A DNA stretch of 64,000 nucleotides from assembly GCA_963674595.2 (NCBI GenBank), contig CAXXFV010000006.1:1-64000 (forward strand). Direction: 5' to 3'. A program made the translations under genes and the position numbers. A model generated the notes under the pieces. It made no database searches and was not told where the DNA came from. It worked only from the letters and a program-made list of their open reading frames with translations. Below, piece by piece: positions 31,287 to 41,693 of this stretch. This stretch comes from a bacterium (lineage in GTDB: Bacteria > Zhuqueibacterota > Zhuqueibacteria > Residuimicrobiales > Krinioviventaceae). Positions within the stretch are counted from its first letter, which is position 1, and each line of letters starts with the position of its first letter.

Positions 31287-33002
31287 ATGAAAAATATAGA
31301 AATTGCCACTATTTTCAACCAAATGGCGGACATTCTCGAGTTTCTGGAAGAAGTGCCGTTTAAAATAAATGCCTATCGCAAGGCAGCACGGGCTATTGAA
31401 GAGCTGACAACAGACATTGTCGATGTTTGGAAGAACAATGCGCTGGCTGATATTCCGGGCGTTGGCAAAGCCTTACAGGCTAAAATTGAAGAATATTTGC
31501 AAACAGGTCAAATTCCCCAGTATAACGAACTGTTGACGAAAGCTCCCAAAGAGCTTTTTGAATTATTAAACATTCAAAGTTTCGGCCCCAAAACCGCTGC
31601 CCTGGCTTATAAACAACTCCATGTGGAGACCGTTGATGATCTTTTAAAAGTTGCTGAAAGCGGCGAACTGGCCAAACTGTCCGGAATGGGTGCTAAAAAA
31701 GTTGAAAATATTTTAAAAAGTATTGAACTGTATAAAACAGCCCGGGAACGTATATCAATCGGTATTGCCTGGCCCATATTTGAAGATGTGAAATCCTATT
31801 TGATGGAAAATGCCGGATCAATGATTAGCCGCATTTCTTCTGCCGGGTCCGTACGCCGGTTTCGTGAAACCGTACACGACATAGATGTTTTGGTGGAAAC
31901 AGATAACGGTCCCAGTGTTATTGAAGCTTTTACAAAAATGCCGGCGGTTACCCGGATTTTGGGAGCAGGGGAGACCAAAGCAAGTGTCATACTCAATGAC
32001 CGTTTTCAGGTGGACTTGCGGGCCGTGAGGGCCGAAAGTTTTGGCGCTGCTTTACAATATTTTACCGGTTCACAGGCCCATAATGTACGTTTACGTGAAA
32101 TCGCCAAGAAAAAGGGACTGAAAATAAACGAATATGGAATATTCAGAGAAAATGAAAAATTAGGCGGTGAAACTGAAGAGGATATTTATCGTCTTTTAAA
32201 TATGCCCTGTCCCCCGGCAGAATTACGGGAGGACCGCGGCGAAATTGATGCCTTGATAAAAAATGAACTGCCGGACCTGGTACAGTTAAAAGACATTCAG
32301 GCCGATCTGCATATTCATTCCACCTATAGCGACGGTCAACTGGCTTTAAAGGATATGGCAGAACATGTTCGGCAACTGGGATATTCCCACATGTCTTTTA
32401 ACGATCATTCACAGTCTGTTTTTTACGCCAATGGCTGCAGCATTGACAGATTATACCAGCAGATGGAAGAAATTCGGACATTAAACAAAGAGTTTAGTGA
32501 TTTTACTATTTTAACCGGAACAGAAGTTGATATTATGCCAGATGGCTCTGTTGATTTTCCGGATGATATTTTAAAACAACTGGATTTTGTTGTCGCGTCC
32601 ATTCACAGCGCCTTTAAAACCAATCCGACTGAACGTATTTTATCCGCCATGGGAAATCCATACGTTGATGTCATCGGGCACCCGACCGGACGACTCATAT
32701 CAAGGCGCGAGGGTTATGAGCTTGATATGGACCGTGTGATAAAAAAAGCATCTGAAACCGGTACCGCCCTGGAAGTGAATTCTTTCTGGGACCGTCTGGA
32801 CATTTCTGATTTGAACATCCGTAAGGCAATAGAGAATAATGTAAAAATTTCCATTAATACCGATTCACATCATCCCAAGCACCTGACCATGATGGAACTC
32901 GGAGTCGGCACGGCACGTCGGGGCTGGGCCACAAAAAACGATGTCATTAATACGTTAAGCTTGCCTGATCTGAAAAAATGGCAAAAACGTAACCGGAAAT
33001 AA
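31287..33002 (+). CDS. polX: DNA polymerase X / PHP 3'-5' exonuclease
   Basis: GSVRR..ETVHDIDVL, VDLR, YFTGS..HN; PHP motifs DLHIHS, HPTGR, INTDSH. Confidence 0.96.
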   Translation: MKNIEIATIFNQMADILEFLEEVPFKINAYRKAARAIEELTTDIVDVWKNNALADIPGVGKALQAKIEEYLQTGQIPQYNELLTKAPKELFELLNIQSFGPKTAALAYKQLHVETVDDLLKVAESGELAKLSGMGAKKVENILKSIELYKTARERISIGIAWPIFEDVKSYLMENAGSMISRISSAGSVRRFRETVHDIDVLVETDNGPSVIEAFTKMPAVTRILGAGETKASVILNDRFQVDLRAVRAESFGAALQYFTGSQAHNVRLREIAKKKGLKINEYGIFRENEKLGGETEEDIYRLLNMPCPPAELREDRGEIDALIKNELPDLVQLKDIQADLHIHSTYSDGQLALKDMAEHVRQLGYSHMSFNDHSQSVFYANGCSIDRLYQQMEEIRTLNKEFSDFTILTGTEVDIMPDGSVDFPDDILKQLDFVVASIHSAFKTNPTERILSAMGNPYVDVIGHPTGRLISRREGYELDMDRVIKKASETGTALEVNSFWDRLDISDLNIRKAIENNVKISINTDSHHPKHLTMMELGVGTARRGWATKNDVINTLSLPDLKKWQKRNRK

Positions 33003-33021
33003 ATACAGGTGTGGGTGAGTT

Positions 33022-33750
33022 ATGGCTGGTACAGGTGATATTCGTTCGCAAAGGATGTTTTCGATATATGAATACTTGAATAACAGCCGTACAATGTTAT
33101 ATAGTTTGATCAGCATTGCACCGTTGATTTTGATTTATGAAATAACAGCGCTGATTTTAGGTAAAAATTATTTTACAAATATTAGAAACCAGGCTGATTT
33201 TTTATTTAAAGAAATTTTTCAAATATGGGGCGTGCAAAAAATTTCAACGTTTTTATTATTGCTTTTATTTGTGGTTTTTTTTGCTGTTATTTTTAAGGAA
33301 AGAAAAACAACCCCGGTTGTTTTAAATTATTTTTTTATAATGATTTTGGAATCCGCATTTTATGCGGCATTTCTTGGATTTTTTATCATCCATACCACCC
33401 ATTTGCTTTTGATGATTCATCCTGTTTTGGAAATGCTGCACCTTAATGTGTTTGTGGCTGTAGGCGCCGGTATATATGAAGAGATTATTTTTCGCGCCTT
33501 TCTTTTCGCCTGTACCGGTTATACCTTAAAACGATACTTTGGCGTTCAGAGTTTTTTGGCCTATGGTATTTCGGCCCTGTTCTCTTCAGTTATTTTTTCC
33601 TGGATGCACTATCTCGGCGCAGAACCCTTTACCTGGTTTTCCGCCTTGTTCCGGTTTTTGTTCGGATTGATTTTTTGCGTCCTGTATCAGTTCAGAGGTT
33701 TGGGAATAGCCTGCTGGACCCATGTATTATATGATATTTTTGTATTATAA
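33022..33750 (+). CDS. CPBP family intramembrane metalloprotease (CAAX/Abi)
   Basis: Multi-TM; EEIIFR, FSWMHY, H..YD motifs. Confidence 0.85.
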   Translation: MAGTGDIRSQRMFSIYEYLNNSRTMLYSLISIAPLILIYEITALILGKNYFTNIRNQADFLFKEIFQIWGVQKISTFLLLLLFVVFFAVIFKERKTTPVVLNYFFIMILESAFYAAFLGFFIIHTTHLLLMIHPVLEMLHLNVFVAVGAGIYEEIIFRAFLFACTGYTLKRYFGVQSFLAYGISALFSSVIFSWMHYLGAEPFTWFSALFRFLFGLIFCVLYQFRGLGIACWTHVLYDIFVL

Positions 33751-33754
33751 AAAG

Positions 33755-34807
33755 ATGAAAAAAGTTAAAAAGAATATATTAAAGATACTGTTAATCCTGA
33801 TTGTTGTTGTCATTATCAGCATGTCCTATTTGGCTTATATTGTTTTTTGGCCGTTACAGACAACCGGAAAAGATGTTATTATTACTGTCCGGTGGGGTGC
33901 ATCTTTTACCGAGGTTGCACAAAAATGCCGGGAAAACCAGGTCGTTAAAAGCGCAGATGATTTTCGTTTGACAGCCAAAATTTTTAATAAAACCCTGGCG
34001 CTCAAGGCCGGCAGGTTTACCCTGAAACAGGGGATGTCAAATTATGAGGCGTTAAAAGGATTGACTGAAGGCAGACAAAGTTTTATACAAGTAACAATTC
34101 CGGAAGGCCTACCGGCCCAAAAAATTGCCGGTATTGTAGCAAAAAAAATGGATGTGGATTCGGCGATTTTTATGAGCCTGGTAAACGATTCGGCTTTTAT
34201 TGCCGGTCAGAATATCGACAGTCCGTCTTTGCAGGGATACTTGTATCCTGAGACATATTTTTTTACCTTTGGTCTGGGTGAAAAACAGATTATTCAAACT
34301 TTGCTTGACATGTTTCACAAACAATATTCTGACAGTTTGCAACAACAGGCAAAACGAATAAATTTTACTGATATTCAGGTTTTGACCCTGGCTTCCATTA
34401 TTGAAGGTGAAGCCATGATCGACATTGAAATGGCGGCCATTTCATCTGTTTATCATAACCGGCTTCGAAAAGGAATGCTGTTACAGGCTGATCCGACCAT
34501 TCAGTATATTATCCCGAATGGTCCGCGCCGGCTTTTATTCAGGGACTTGGAAATCGATTCTCCCTATAATACCTATAAATATCCGGGACTACCGCCCGGC
34601 CCCATAAGTAATCCCGGTATAAAAGCGATACGTGCTGCGCTTTTTCCGGATGAAACCCCATATTTGTATTTTGTAGCAAATGGTGACGGCAGCCATACGT
34701 TCAGCACCTCTTTAAATCAGCATTTACGCGCTAAACGCGAATTTGATAAATACAGACGCAAGATTAAACAGAAACAACGATTGGAGAAGCTTTCGAGTGG
34801 ACAATAA
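33755..34807 (+). CDS. mltG: Endolytic transglycosylase MltG
   Basis: N-terminal TM, TIPEG, GYLYPETY, LASIIEGE, LQADPT, SPYNTY, GLPPGPI. Confidence 0.95.
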   Translation: MKKVKKNILKILLILIVVVIISMSYLAYIVFWPLQTTGKDVIITVRWGASFTEVAQKCRENQVVKSADDFRLTAKIFNKTLALKAGRFTLKQGMSNYEALKGLTEGRQSFIQVTIPEGLPAQKIAGIVAKKMDVDSAIFMSLVNDSAFIAGQNIDSPSLQGYLYPETYFFTFGLGEKQIIQTLLDMFHKQYSDSLQQQAKRINFTDIQVLTLASIIEGEAMIDIEMAAISSVYHNRLRKGMLLQADPTIQYIIPNGPRRLLFRDLEIDSPYNTYKYPGLPPGPISNPGIKAIRAALFPDETPYLYFVANGDGSHTFSTSLNQHLRAKREFDKYRRKIKQKQRLEKLSSGQ

Positions 34808-37013
34808 AGCTTTAGATACATCGCAGCTTGATTGGTTATATACGGATATTAATGACGCCCAGAGGGGCGCAGTTACGGAAACAGACGGACCTGTTTTAAT
34901 TCTGGCCGGCGCCGGCAGTGGTAAAACACGTGTATTGACTTATCGTATCGCCTATATTCTGGCAAACGGACTGGCCGAACCTCGTGAAATTTTGGCAATG
35001 ACTTTTACAAATAAAGCGGCAAATGAAATGCGGGACCGGATCAATTTACTGGTCCCTGAAATGATGTCCGGGATGTGGATCGGCACTTTTCATTCTCTTT
35101 TTGCCCGAATGCTGCGTCGTGAAGCTGACCGGTTGGGTTATACATCCAATTTTGCAATTTATGACACAGCCGACCAGGCGACGTTGATTAAAAATATTAT
35201 TAGTGACATTAAACCGCAGGTCCAGGAAATTTCACCCAAGCATGTTGCTTTTCGAATCAGCGGTGCAAAAAACCAAATGATTGATCCGGAAGATTTTGCC
35301 AAAATGGCTGAAGGACCCATGGACCGGGCTATTGCTGATATTTATAAAGAATATCAACAACGGCTTAAACGTATGAATGCGATGGATTTTGATGATTTGT
35401 TGATAAAACCTTTTGAGCTGTTCACACGTTATCCTCTGGTTAAAGAGTTTTATCAGGACCGGTTTCGTTACATATTGGTTGATGAATATCAGGACACAAA
35501 CCAGGCCCAGTATCAGGTATTGAAACTTTTTGCAGAAAAATATAAAAATATTTGTGTTGTCGGTGATGATGACCAGTCCATTTACCGATGGCGTGGCGCA
35601 GAACTGCGAAATATCCTTGAATATGAAATGGATTATCCGGGATGCAAAAAATTTCATCTGGAACAAAATTACCGGTCTACCAAAAACATACTCGCGGCAG
35701 CCCATTCGGTTGTTGAGAAAAACAGCAAACGTCATGAAAAACAATTATGGACGGAAAATGCCACCGGCGAACCGGTTACTTTAATGACGGTGGGGGACGA
35801 GAAGGATGAAGCGCGGCATGTGGTTTTGTACATTACGAGGGAACTTCGAAACAGCACCAAACAGTTTTATGATTTTGCAATTTTATACCGGACTAATGCC
35901 CAGTCGCGTGTACTAGAAGATTTTTTACGCGCCAACGGACTTCCATATATAATTATTGGGGGTGTTAAATTTTACGAACGTAAAGAAATTAAAGATATTT
36001 TGGCCTATTTGCGTTTGCTGACTAATCCTGCGGATGAAATAAGCTTGAAAAGAGTTATCAATTTCCCGGGTCGTGGAATCGGGCCGACAACTCTTGTTAA
36101 AATTGAAGAGTATGCACGGCAGAAAAGTATGACCTTTTATGAGGCTGTTGCTCAAGTTAGGGAAATTCCTTCTATTCAGAAAAAAACAGCGGAAAAAGTT
36201 TATTCTTTTTATAAATTGATAATAAAGTATACGTTATTACTTAAAGAACTTCCTTTGGGTGAATTGTCTGCTGCCATGGTTGAAGAACTTGGAATTATAC
36301 GAATGTATAATGACGAGGGAACAATTGAATCGCAGACGCGTTTGGAAAATATCAAGGAATTGCTGGTTGCTATTTCGGAATTTTCCAGTAATCATTCAAA
36401 TGGCGGAACTTTGGATGAATTTTTACAACACGTTTCATTGACCACAGACATTGATACCTGGAACGACAAAACAAATGCCATTACGCTTATGACATTACAT
36501 GCCGCCAAAGGTTTGGAATTTGATACGGTATTTTTAACCGGACTGGAAGAGGGTTTGTTTCCTCTATCACGGAGCTTGACTGATCCGGAAGCGCTGGAAG
36601 AAGAAAGACGTTTGTTTTACGTCGGTGCAACCCGTGCCAAGGAACGACTTTATATATCCTGGGCAAAAAGCCGGCGACGTTTCGGACAGGACCCGGCAAG
36701 TTTTAAATCCCGATTTCTTAAGGAATTGGATTTGACCTATGTACAGCATGTGCAAAGCCGGTATATACAAACTGAAACACGCAAAGTACCAAAAGCCAGG
36801 CCTGCTTATCAGGATGTTATGCCGAATTACGAAGATGAATCACAGGAATATAAAGAGTTTAGCATAGGCATGCGGGTTAAACACCCGACATTCGGACGCG
36901 GGACGATATTAAAGATGGAGCCATCGGCTGATCGAATAAAGATGGTGATTTTATTTGATACAACCGGAGAAAAAAGAGTTGTCTATCCATTTGCAAAATT
37001 GGAGATATTGTAG
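34797..37013 (+). CDS. pcrA: ATP-dependent DNA helicase PcrA/UvrD
   Basis: AGAGSGKT, TFTNKAA, VDEYQD, GDDDQSIY, LEQNYRS, HAAKGLEF, EERRLFYVG. Confidence 0.96.
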   Translation: MDNKALDTSQLDWLYTDINDAQRGAVTETDGPVLILAGAGSGKTRVLTYRIAYILANGLAEPREILAMTFTNKAANEMRDRINLLVPEMMSGMWIGTFHSLFARMLRREADRLGYTSNFAIYDTADQATLIKNIISDIKPQVQEISPKHVAFRISGAKNQMIDPEDFAKMAEGPMDRAIADIYKEYQQRLKRMNAMDFDDLLIKPFELFTRYPLVKEFYQDRFRYILVDEYQDTNQAQYQVLKLFAEKYKNICVVGDDDQSIYRWRGAELRNILEYEMDYPGCKKFHLEQNYRSTKNILAAAHSVVEKNSKRHEKQLWTENATGEPVTLMTVGDEKDEARHVVLYITRELRNSTKQFYDFAILYRTNAQSRVLEDFLRANGLPYIIIGGVKFYERKEIKDILAYLRLLTNPADEISLKRVINFPGRGIGPTTLVKIEEYARQKSMTFYEAVAQVREIPSIQKKTAEKVYSFYKLIIKYTLLLKELPLGELSAAMVEELGIIRMYNDEGTIESQTRLENIKELLVAISEFSSNHSNGGTLDEFLQHVSLTTDIDTWNDKTNAITLMTLHAAKGLEFDTVFLTGLEEGLFPLSRSLTDPEALEEERRLFYVGATRAKERLYISWAKSRRRFGQDPASFKSRFLKELDLTYVQHVQSRYIQTETRKVPKARPAYQDVMPNYEDESQEYKEFSIGMRVKHPTFGRGTILKMEPSADRIKMVILFDTTGEKRVVYPFAKLEIL

Positions 37014-40000
37014 TGAAAAAGAAATTATTTCAATCTGTAATTTTGATCTTTTTATTAATCAGCAGCGTATGGGCGCAAAACGATCTGTTACAGGAAGAAC
37101 AGGATTTTTTACTTGCCGGTAAACTGGCTGGAGAAAAAATGTTTGATCTGGCTGCCTTGCAATACAAGAAATTTGCCGAACTCTATCCGTCAAGTCAAAA
37201 GGCGCCGGAAGCCCTTTTTTATGCGGCTGTTAATTATGAAAAATGCGACAGCGTGAATGTTGCTGCTCAGACCTATTTAAAATTAATTCTTAAATACCCT
37301 GAATCGAGCTTTTTAGACCAGGCCCAATTCAACCGGGCGGATGTTTTGGCAAAATTTGGAATGCATAAAGAGTCGGCAATCGCCTTTTCACGATTGAAAC
37401 TTTTTTCCCCTGAAAGTAATCTCATACCCGAAGCTCAAATTCATGCTGCTGAACAATATATCAAAGCAAATGACCTGGTAAAAGCATCCGATGCCGCTAA
37501 TTATTTTATGGAAAATTTTTCTCTTCATCCCAAACGATTTGAAGCGCGGTACCTGTTGGCTAAAATACGGATTTCTCAGCAAAAGTATGATTTGGCAAAT
37601 ACTGAGCTCGAAAAATTGGAAAGCGAAAGAATAGAAGACGACCTTGTTATCCGTTCTAAAATGCTGAAAGCGGATTTGTACAAAAAAACAGGCCGTTTTG
37701 CGCTGGTCGACAGTGTTTATTATGAAATCATAAACAGCGGGTTCCAGCACGATTCTGTCGGTGTAGTGGGCATTTCCCTTGCTAATTCATTCAGAAATAA
37801 AAATATGAATGAAAAGGCCATTGAAGTTTTGAATAAAGTTTTAAAGCAGCCGTTGAATGCCCGAATCAAAACACGGGTGAATATTTTGCAAGCTGATTGT
37901 CTTTTTGAAACTAGAGATTATCAAAAAGCGCTGAATATCTATAAAGGTATTGATCTCAATCAACTATCTGAAAATGAAAAGAATAATTATTTTTTCAAAA
38001 TTGCCGTAACCTGTGAAAAACTGGATGATATTGGTGCAGCTTTAGGCTATCTCGAAAAAATCCAGGGAGAGAGTGTTTCCGGATTATTAAATCAACGTAT
38101 GCTTTTAAAAACTGCCGATCTTTTAACAAAACAGGGCAACGCAGCAAAAGCTGTTTATTTGTTGCAGCAGGACCTGCAACAACCCAATCTGTATAAAAAA
38201 GATGAGGTTTTGTACTTTTTAGCACAAATCCAGGAAAAGCAGTTAAAGGATTATACCGGTGCTAAAAATTCTTTTACCGGAATTTCTTCCATCTGTTTAA
38301 ACAGTCCCTATCTTGACGATGCACAGATTAAAACGGCACAGTTGTATGAAAAAGAAAACAATAATGTTGTGGCACTATCCGAATATAAACGGTTTTTATC
38401 CCTTTATCCCGGTTCAGAGTTTTATGACCAGGTTTTAGAAAGAGTTGAATATCTTGAAAAGTTTTCTCAAACCGGTGACACTAAAGATTCTGAGCTTATG
38501 ACTTCTTTGTTATTAAATAATTCATTTTCTGTGCAAAACTCTTCTTTGATTCAAAACTGGTTAAAAAGTTTAATCTTTGAAAAACATCAATACAGTTTAG
38601 CCATGGATTTGATTAAAAAAGTATTATCTGCCGGGGAAAATACCGGTTTAACGCGTGATGAACTTTTGTATTCTATAATCTATTGTCAAAGTGCATTGTT
38701 TGAAAAAAATCAATATTTGGGTGAAACAGCAAAGGCCAAATCCTATTTAGACAACTCGCTGGAAACTTTTGATTTATTGCGTGAGAGTTTTGTGTCATCA
38801 CAATGGACTGAAAAATCCGGTGAGTTGGTTTTAAATTCCTATTTGGAAAATATTTCTGAACCATCTATAAAAATAACCCTGCTCGATTCTGTTATTAACA
38901 CCACCAACTTTTTAAATGATAATGATAACAGCTCATGCTATAAGGTAAATTTGGCAGAATTATTATTAAAACATAAATCGGATTTTTTATCATTACAAAA
39001 AGCTGTTACTGTTTGCCAGGATGTGATATTTTCCGGAGAACAATCAGCTTGTTATCCGGAGGCGTTGTACTATACAGGAACCGCCTTGCAAAAACTGGCA
39101 TTGACTGATTCGTCTGCTGATTTCCTGGAGAGATATACACAATTAAATGATCCAAAATACATTGTACCGGCTAAATTTCAGCTTGCACAGCTTTATGAAA
39201 AGGATCGTCCGGAAAGAGCTAAACAACTTTATCAGGAAATTATAACCTATTATTTTTACAGCCAATATGCTGATCAGGCAAAATCGAGTTTGGCGCAATT
39301 ATTTATAAAAGAGAAAAAGTATAACGAAGCAGAAGAATTATTAAAGGACACGGCTCCTGATATTTTACCGGGAATGGAATCCTTTTTTTCACTAACTCTT
39401 AATGAAGATCATCTCTGGTATTTGACCCTTGCAGAAGCAAAAAGTTCTTCAAACACCACGGCCATTGAAAAGTTTAATTCTTTTTTAAAATTAACGCATG
39501 ATAAAAATTTACAGGCTAAAGCGTTATACGAAGCAGGTTCTATTGCCGATGAAATGAACCAATGGCAGGTTGCTTTGGGTTTTTGGAAGGAACTGGTAAA
39601 AAATCATCCAAGCGACACATTGGCGCAGCAGGCCCAAACCCGGTCGGCTGATATTTTTTATCGAAATGAGAAGTATGAACAGGCATCCGGATTATATAGT
39701 AAGATGATGAACGATTTATCCGGCGAGCTGCAACAGGAAGCATTTAAAAGATATGTTATCTGCGAATATAAACTCGGACATTTAGCAAAAGCGGACCAAC
39801 TGGCCAATCAGTTTAATAAACAGTATGACGATAAAAATTCGGAAGCAGAATTTGTTTATCAAGCCGGTATGTTCCAAATTGCTCAGAAAAATTTCAATAC
39901 GGCTGAAAAATTGTTAAAGAATGTCAGCGACAAATTTAAAGATACACCCGCCGGCGGACATGGTGAACTGGGTTTGGCGCGGTTATATGTTGTTCTTAAC

Positions 40001-40684
40001 AAAACCGATGAAGCCCTGAAAATTTTGACAAACATACCTGAAAAATATGAAGACCCTGAAATTGTTGCTTCGGCCTATGTGTATTTGGCTGATTTTTATT
40101 ATAAAAACCGTCAATTGGAAAGCTGTATCGCCGCTTCTCAGCGTGTTATGGACTTGCAAAAAGATGGGCCTTTAAGAGCAAAAGCAATGGATTTGTTGAT
40201 TGATGCTTTTGATGATCTGGGCCTCCGTGACCGCGCTATTGCCCTTCAACGGGCGTATATTGCCCAGTATCCTGATTCGCCTGATATTTTGGCACGTAAA
40301 GTCACTATTGGTGCTTTTCTTTACTATTTAAAAGACTATGACCGGTCTATTAAATATCTTCATGACCTGAAACCCTTTGTGTCTGCAGAGGAAGAACCCG
40401 AGGTTCAATATTGGATTGCCGAAGCTTATAATGCACGCGGTGATATTGAGCAGGCCATCGTTGAGTATCTCAAAGTCCGTTATCTGTCAAAACCGACAAA
40501 ATTGCCCTGGGGCATAACAGCGTTGTATCGGGCCGGTGAAGGATATAAAAAACTCGGTAACTTGCAAAAAGCCAGAGAACTGTTTAAAATTGTCGTGCAA
40601 GAGCGTGGTGTAACTGATAGTATTGGTCAGTCTGCAAATCGAAAAATTATGGAAATTGATGAGGAGTTGTCAAATAATTCATGA
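37013..40684 (+). CDS. Large exported tetratricopeptide repeat protein
   Basis: Signal peptide; many TPR units with YP.S motifs of the BamD/CpoB type. Confidence 0.85.
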   Translation: MKKKLFQSVILIFLLISSVWAQNDLLQEEQDFLLAGKLAGEKMFDLAALQYKKFAELYPSSQKAPEALFYAAVNYEKCDSVNVAAQTYLKLILKYPESSFLDQAQFNRADVLAKFGMHKESAIAFSRLKLFSPESNLIPEAQIHAAEQYIKANDLVKASDAANYFMENFSLHPKRFEARYLLAKIRISQQKYDLANTELEKLESERIEDDLVIRSKMLKADLYKKTGRFALVDSVYYEIINSGFQHDSVGVVGISLANSFRNKNMNEKAIEVLNKVLKQPLNARIKTRVNILQADCLFETRDYQKALNIYKGIDLNQLSENEKNNYFFKIAVTCEKLDDIGAALGYLEKIQGESVSGLLNQRMLLKTADLLTKQGNAAKAVYLLQQDLQQPNLYKKDEVLYFLAQIQEKQLKDYTGAKNSFTGISSICLNSPYLDDAQIKTAQLYEKENNNVVALSEYKRFLSLYPGSEFYDQVLERVEYLEKFSQTGDTKDSELMTSLLLNNSFSVQNSSLIQNWLKSLIFEKHQYSLAMDLIKKVLSAGENTGLTRDELLYSIIYCQSALFEKNQYLGETAKAKSYLDNSLETFDLLRESFVSSQWTEKSGELVLNSYLENISEPSIKITLLDSVINTTNFLNDNDNSSCYKVNLAELLLKHKSDFLSLQKAVTVCQDVIFSGEQSACYPEALYYTGTALQKLALTDSSADFLERYTQLNDPKYIVPAKFQLAQLYEKDRPERAKQLYQEIITYYFYSQYADQAKSSLAQLFIKEKKYNEAEELLKDTAPDILPGMESFFSLTLNEDHLWYLTLAEAKSSSNTTAIEKFNSFLKLTHDKNLQAKALYEAGSIADEMNQWQVALGFWKELVKNHPSDTLAQQAQTRSADIFYRNEKYEQASGLYSKMMNDLSGELQQEAFKRYVICEYKLGHLAKADQLANQFNKQYDDKNSEAEFVYQAGMFQIAQKNFNTAEKLLKNVSDKFKDTPAGGHGELGLARLYVVLNKTDEALKILTNIPEKYEDPEIVASAYVYLADFYYKNRQLESCIAASQRVMDLQKDGPLRAKAMDLLIDAFDDLGLRDRAIALQRAYIAQYPDSPDILARKVTIGAFLYYLKDYDRSIKYLHDLKPFVSAEEEPEVQYWIAEAYNARGDIEQAIVEYLKVRYLSKPTKLPWGITALYRAGEGYKKLGNLQKARELFKIVVQERGVTDSIGQSANRKIMEIDEELSNNS

Positions 40685-41550
40685 ATAAAGAAATTTTAAA
40701 TTTTGATAAAATTACAGAGTTGATAAGATCGGCGCTGATTGAAGATTTGGGCGACAATGGTGATATTACTTCAAAAGCCGTAACTCAGGTTAAAACAACA
40801 TCAACGGCTGAAATTATTGCAAAAGACACAGGCGTTGTTGCCGGAATTTCGATTGCCAAACAGGTTTTTTTAGCTGTTGATGAAAATCTGGAAATTGAGG
40901 AAATGGTTACAGACGGTGATCATGTTGAAAAATTTCAGGTTTTATTAACATTAAAAGGAGAGTCGGATTCGATTTTAATAGCGGAAAGAACAGCCCTGAA
41001 TTTTTTAGGCCGGCTTTCCGGAATTGCGACCATGACAAACAAGTATGTGGAAAAAGTCAAAGGCACCTCTGCAAAAATACTCGATACACGTAAAACCACC
41101 CCCGGATGGCGAATGCTGGAAAAATATGCTGTTGCCTGCGGCGGTGGTGAAAACCATCGATTCGGGCTTTATGATATGGTGCTTATTAAAGACAATCACA
41201 TTGTTGCTGCCGGTGGTATAACGCCTGCTGTTGAAAGGTGTCGAACCTATTTAAAAGAAAACAACATTTCCGCAAAAATTGAAACTGAAACTCAAAGCAT
41301 GGCTGATGTTCAGGAGGCCGTCGCTCTTGACGTTGACAGGATTATGCTGGACAATATGACAGCAGATGAAATGAAAGCATGTGTTGAATATACGGACCAC
41401 CGAATTCCTATCGAAGCGTCCGGTAATGTTACCCTGGAAAATGTAAGGGCAGTTGCTGAAACGGGTGTAGATTATATTTCCATCGGCGCTTTGACACACT
41501 CTGTCACATGTTTTGATACAAGTTTGAAATTTCGTGCGTCAAAAGCCTGA
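40681..41550 (+). CDS. nadC: Nicotinate-nucleotide diphosphorylase (carboxylating)
   Basis: ERTALN, DTRKTTPG, NHRFGLYD, IKDNH, MLDN, EASG. Confidence 0.97.
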   Translation: MNKEILNFDKITELIRSALIEDLGDNGDITSKAVTQVKTTSTAEIIAKDTGVVAGISIAKQVFLAVDENLEIEEMVTDGDHVEKFQVLLTLKGESDSILIAERTALNFLGRLSGIATMTNKYVEKVKGTSAKILDTRKTTPGWRMLEKYAVACGGGENHRFGLYDMVLIKDNHIVAAGGITPAVERCRTYLKENNISAKIETETQSMADVQEAVALDVDRIMLDNMTADEMKACVEYTDHRIPIEASGNVTLENVRAVAETGVDYISIGALTHSVTCFDTSLKFRASKA

Positions 41551-41693
41551 CAATTACTGTCAATATGGCATAGAATATCAAGTAGTTGATTCATTATAAT
41601 ATGATTTTTATTTAACTTAGGTTCCTTTTATTTGGAACAGATTTTGCTGTTATTGCGGTTTAGCTGATATTTGTTATTATTTTTGAGGATAAA

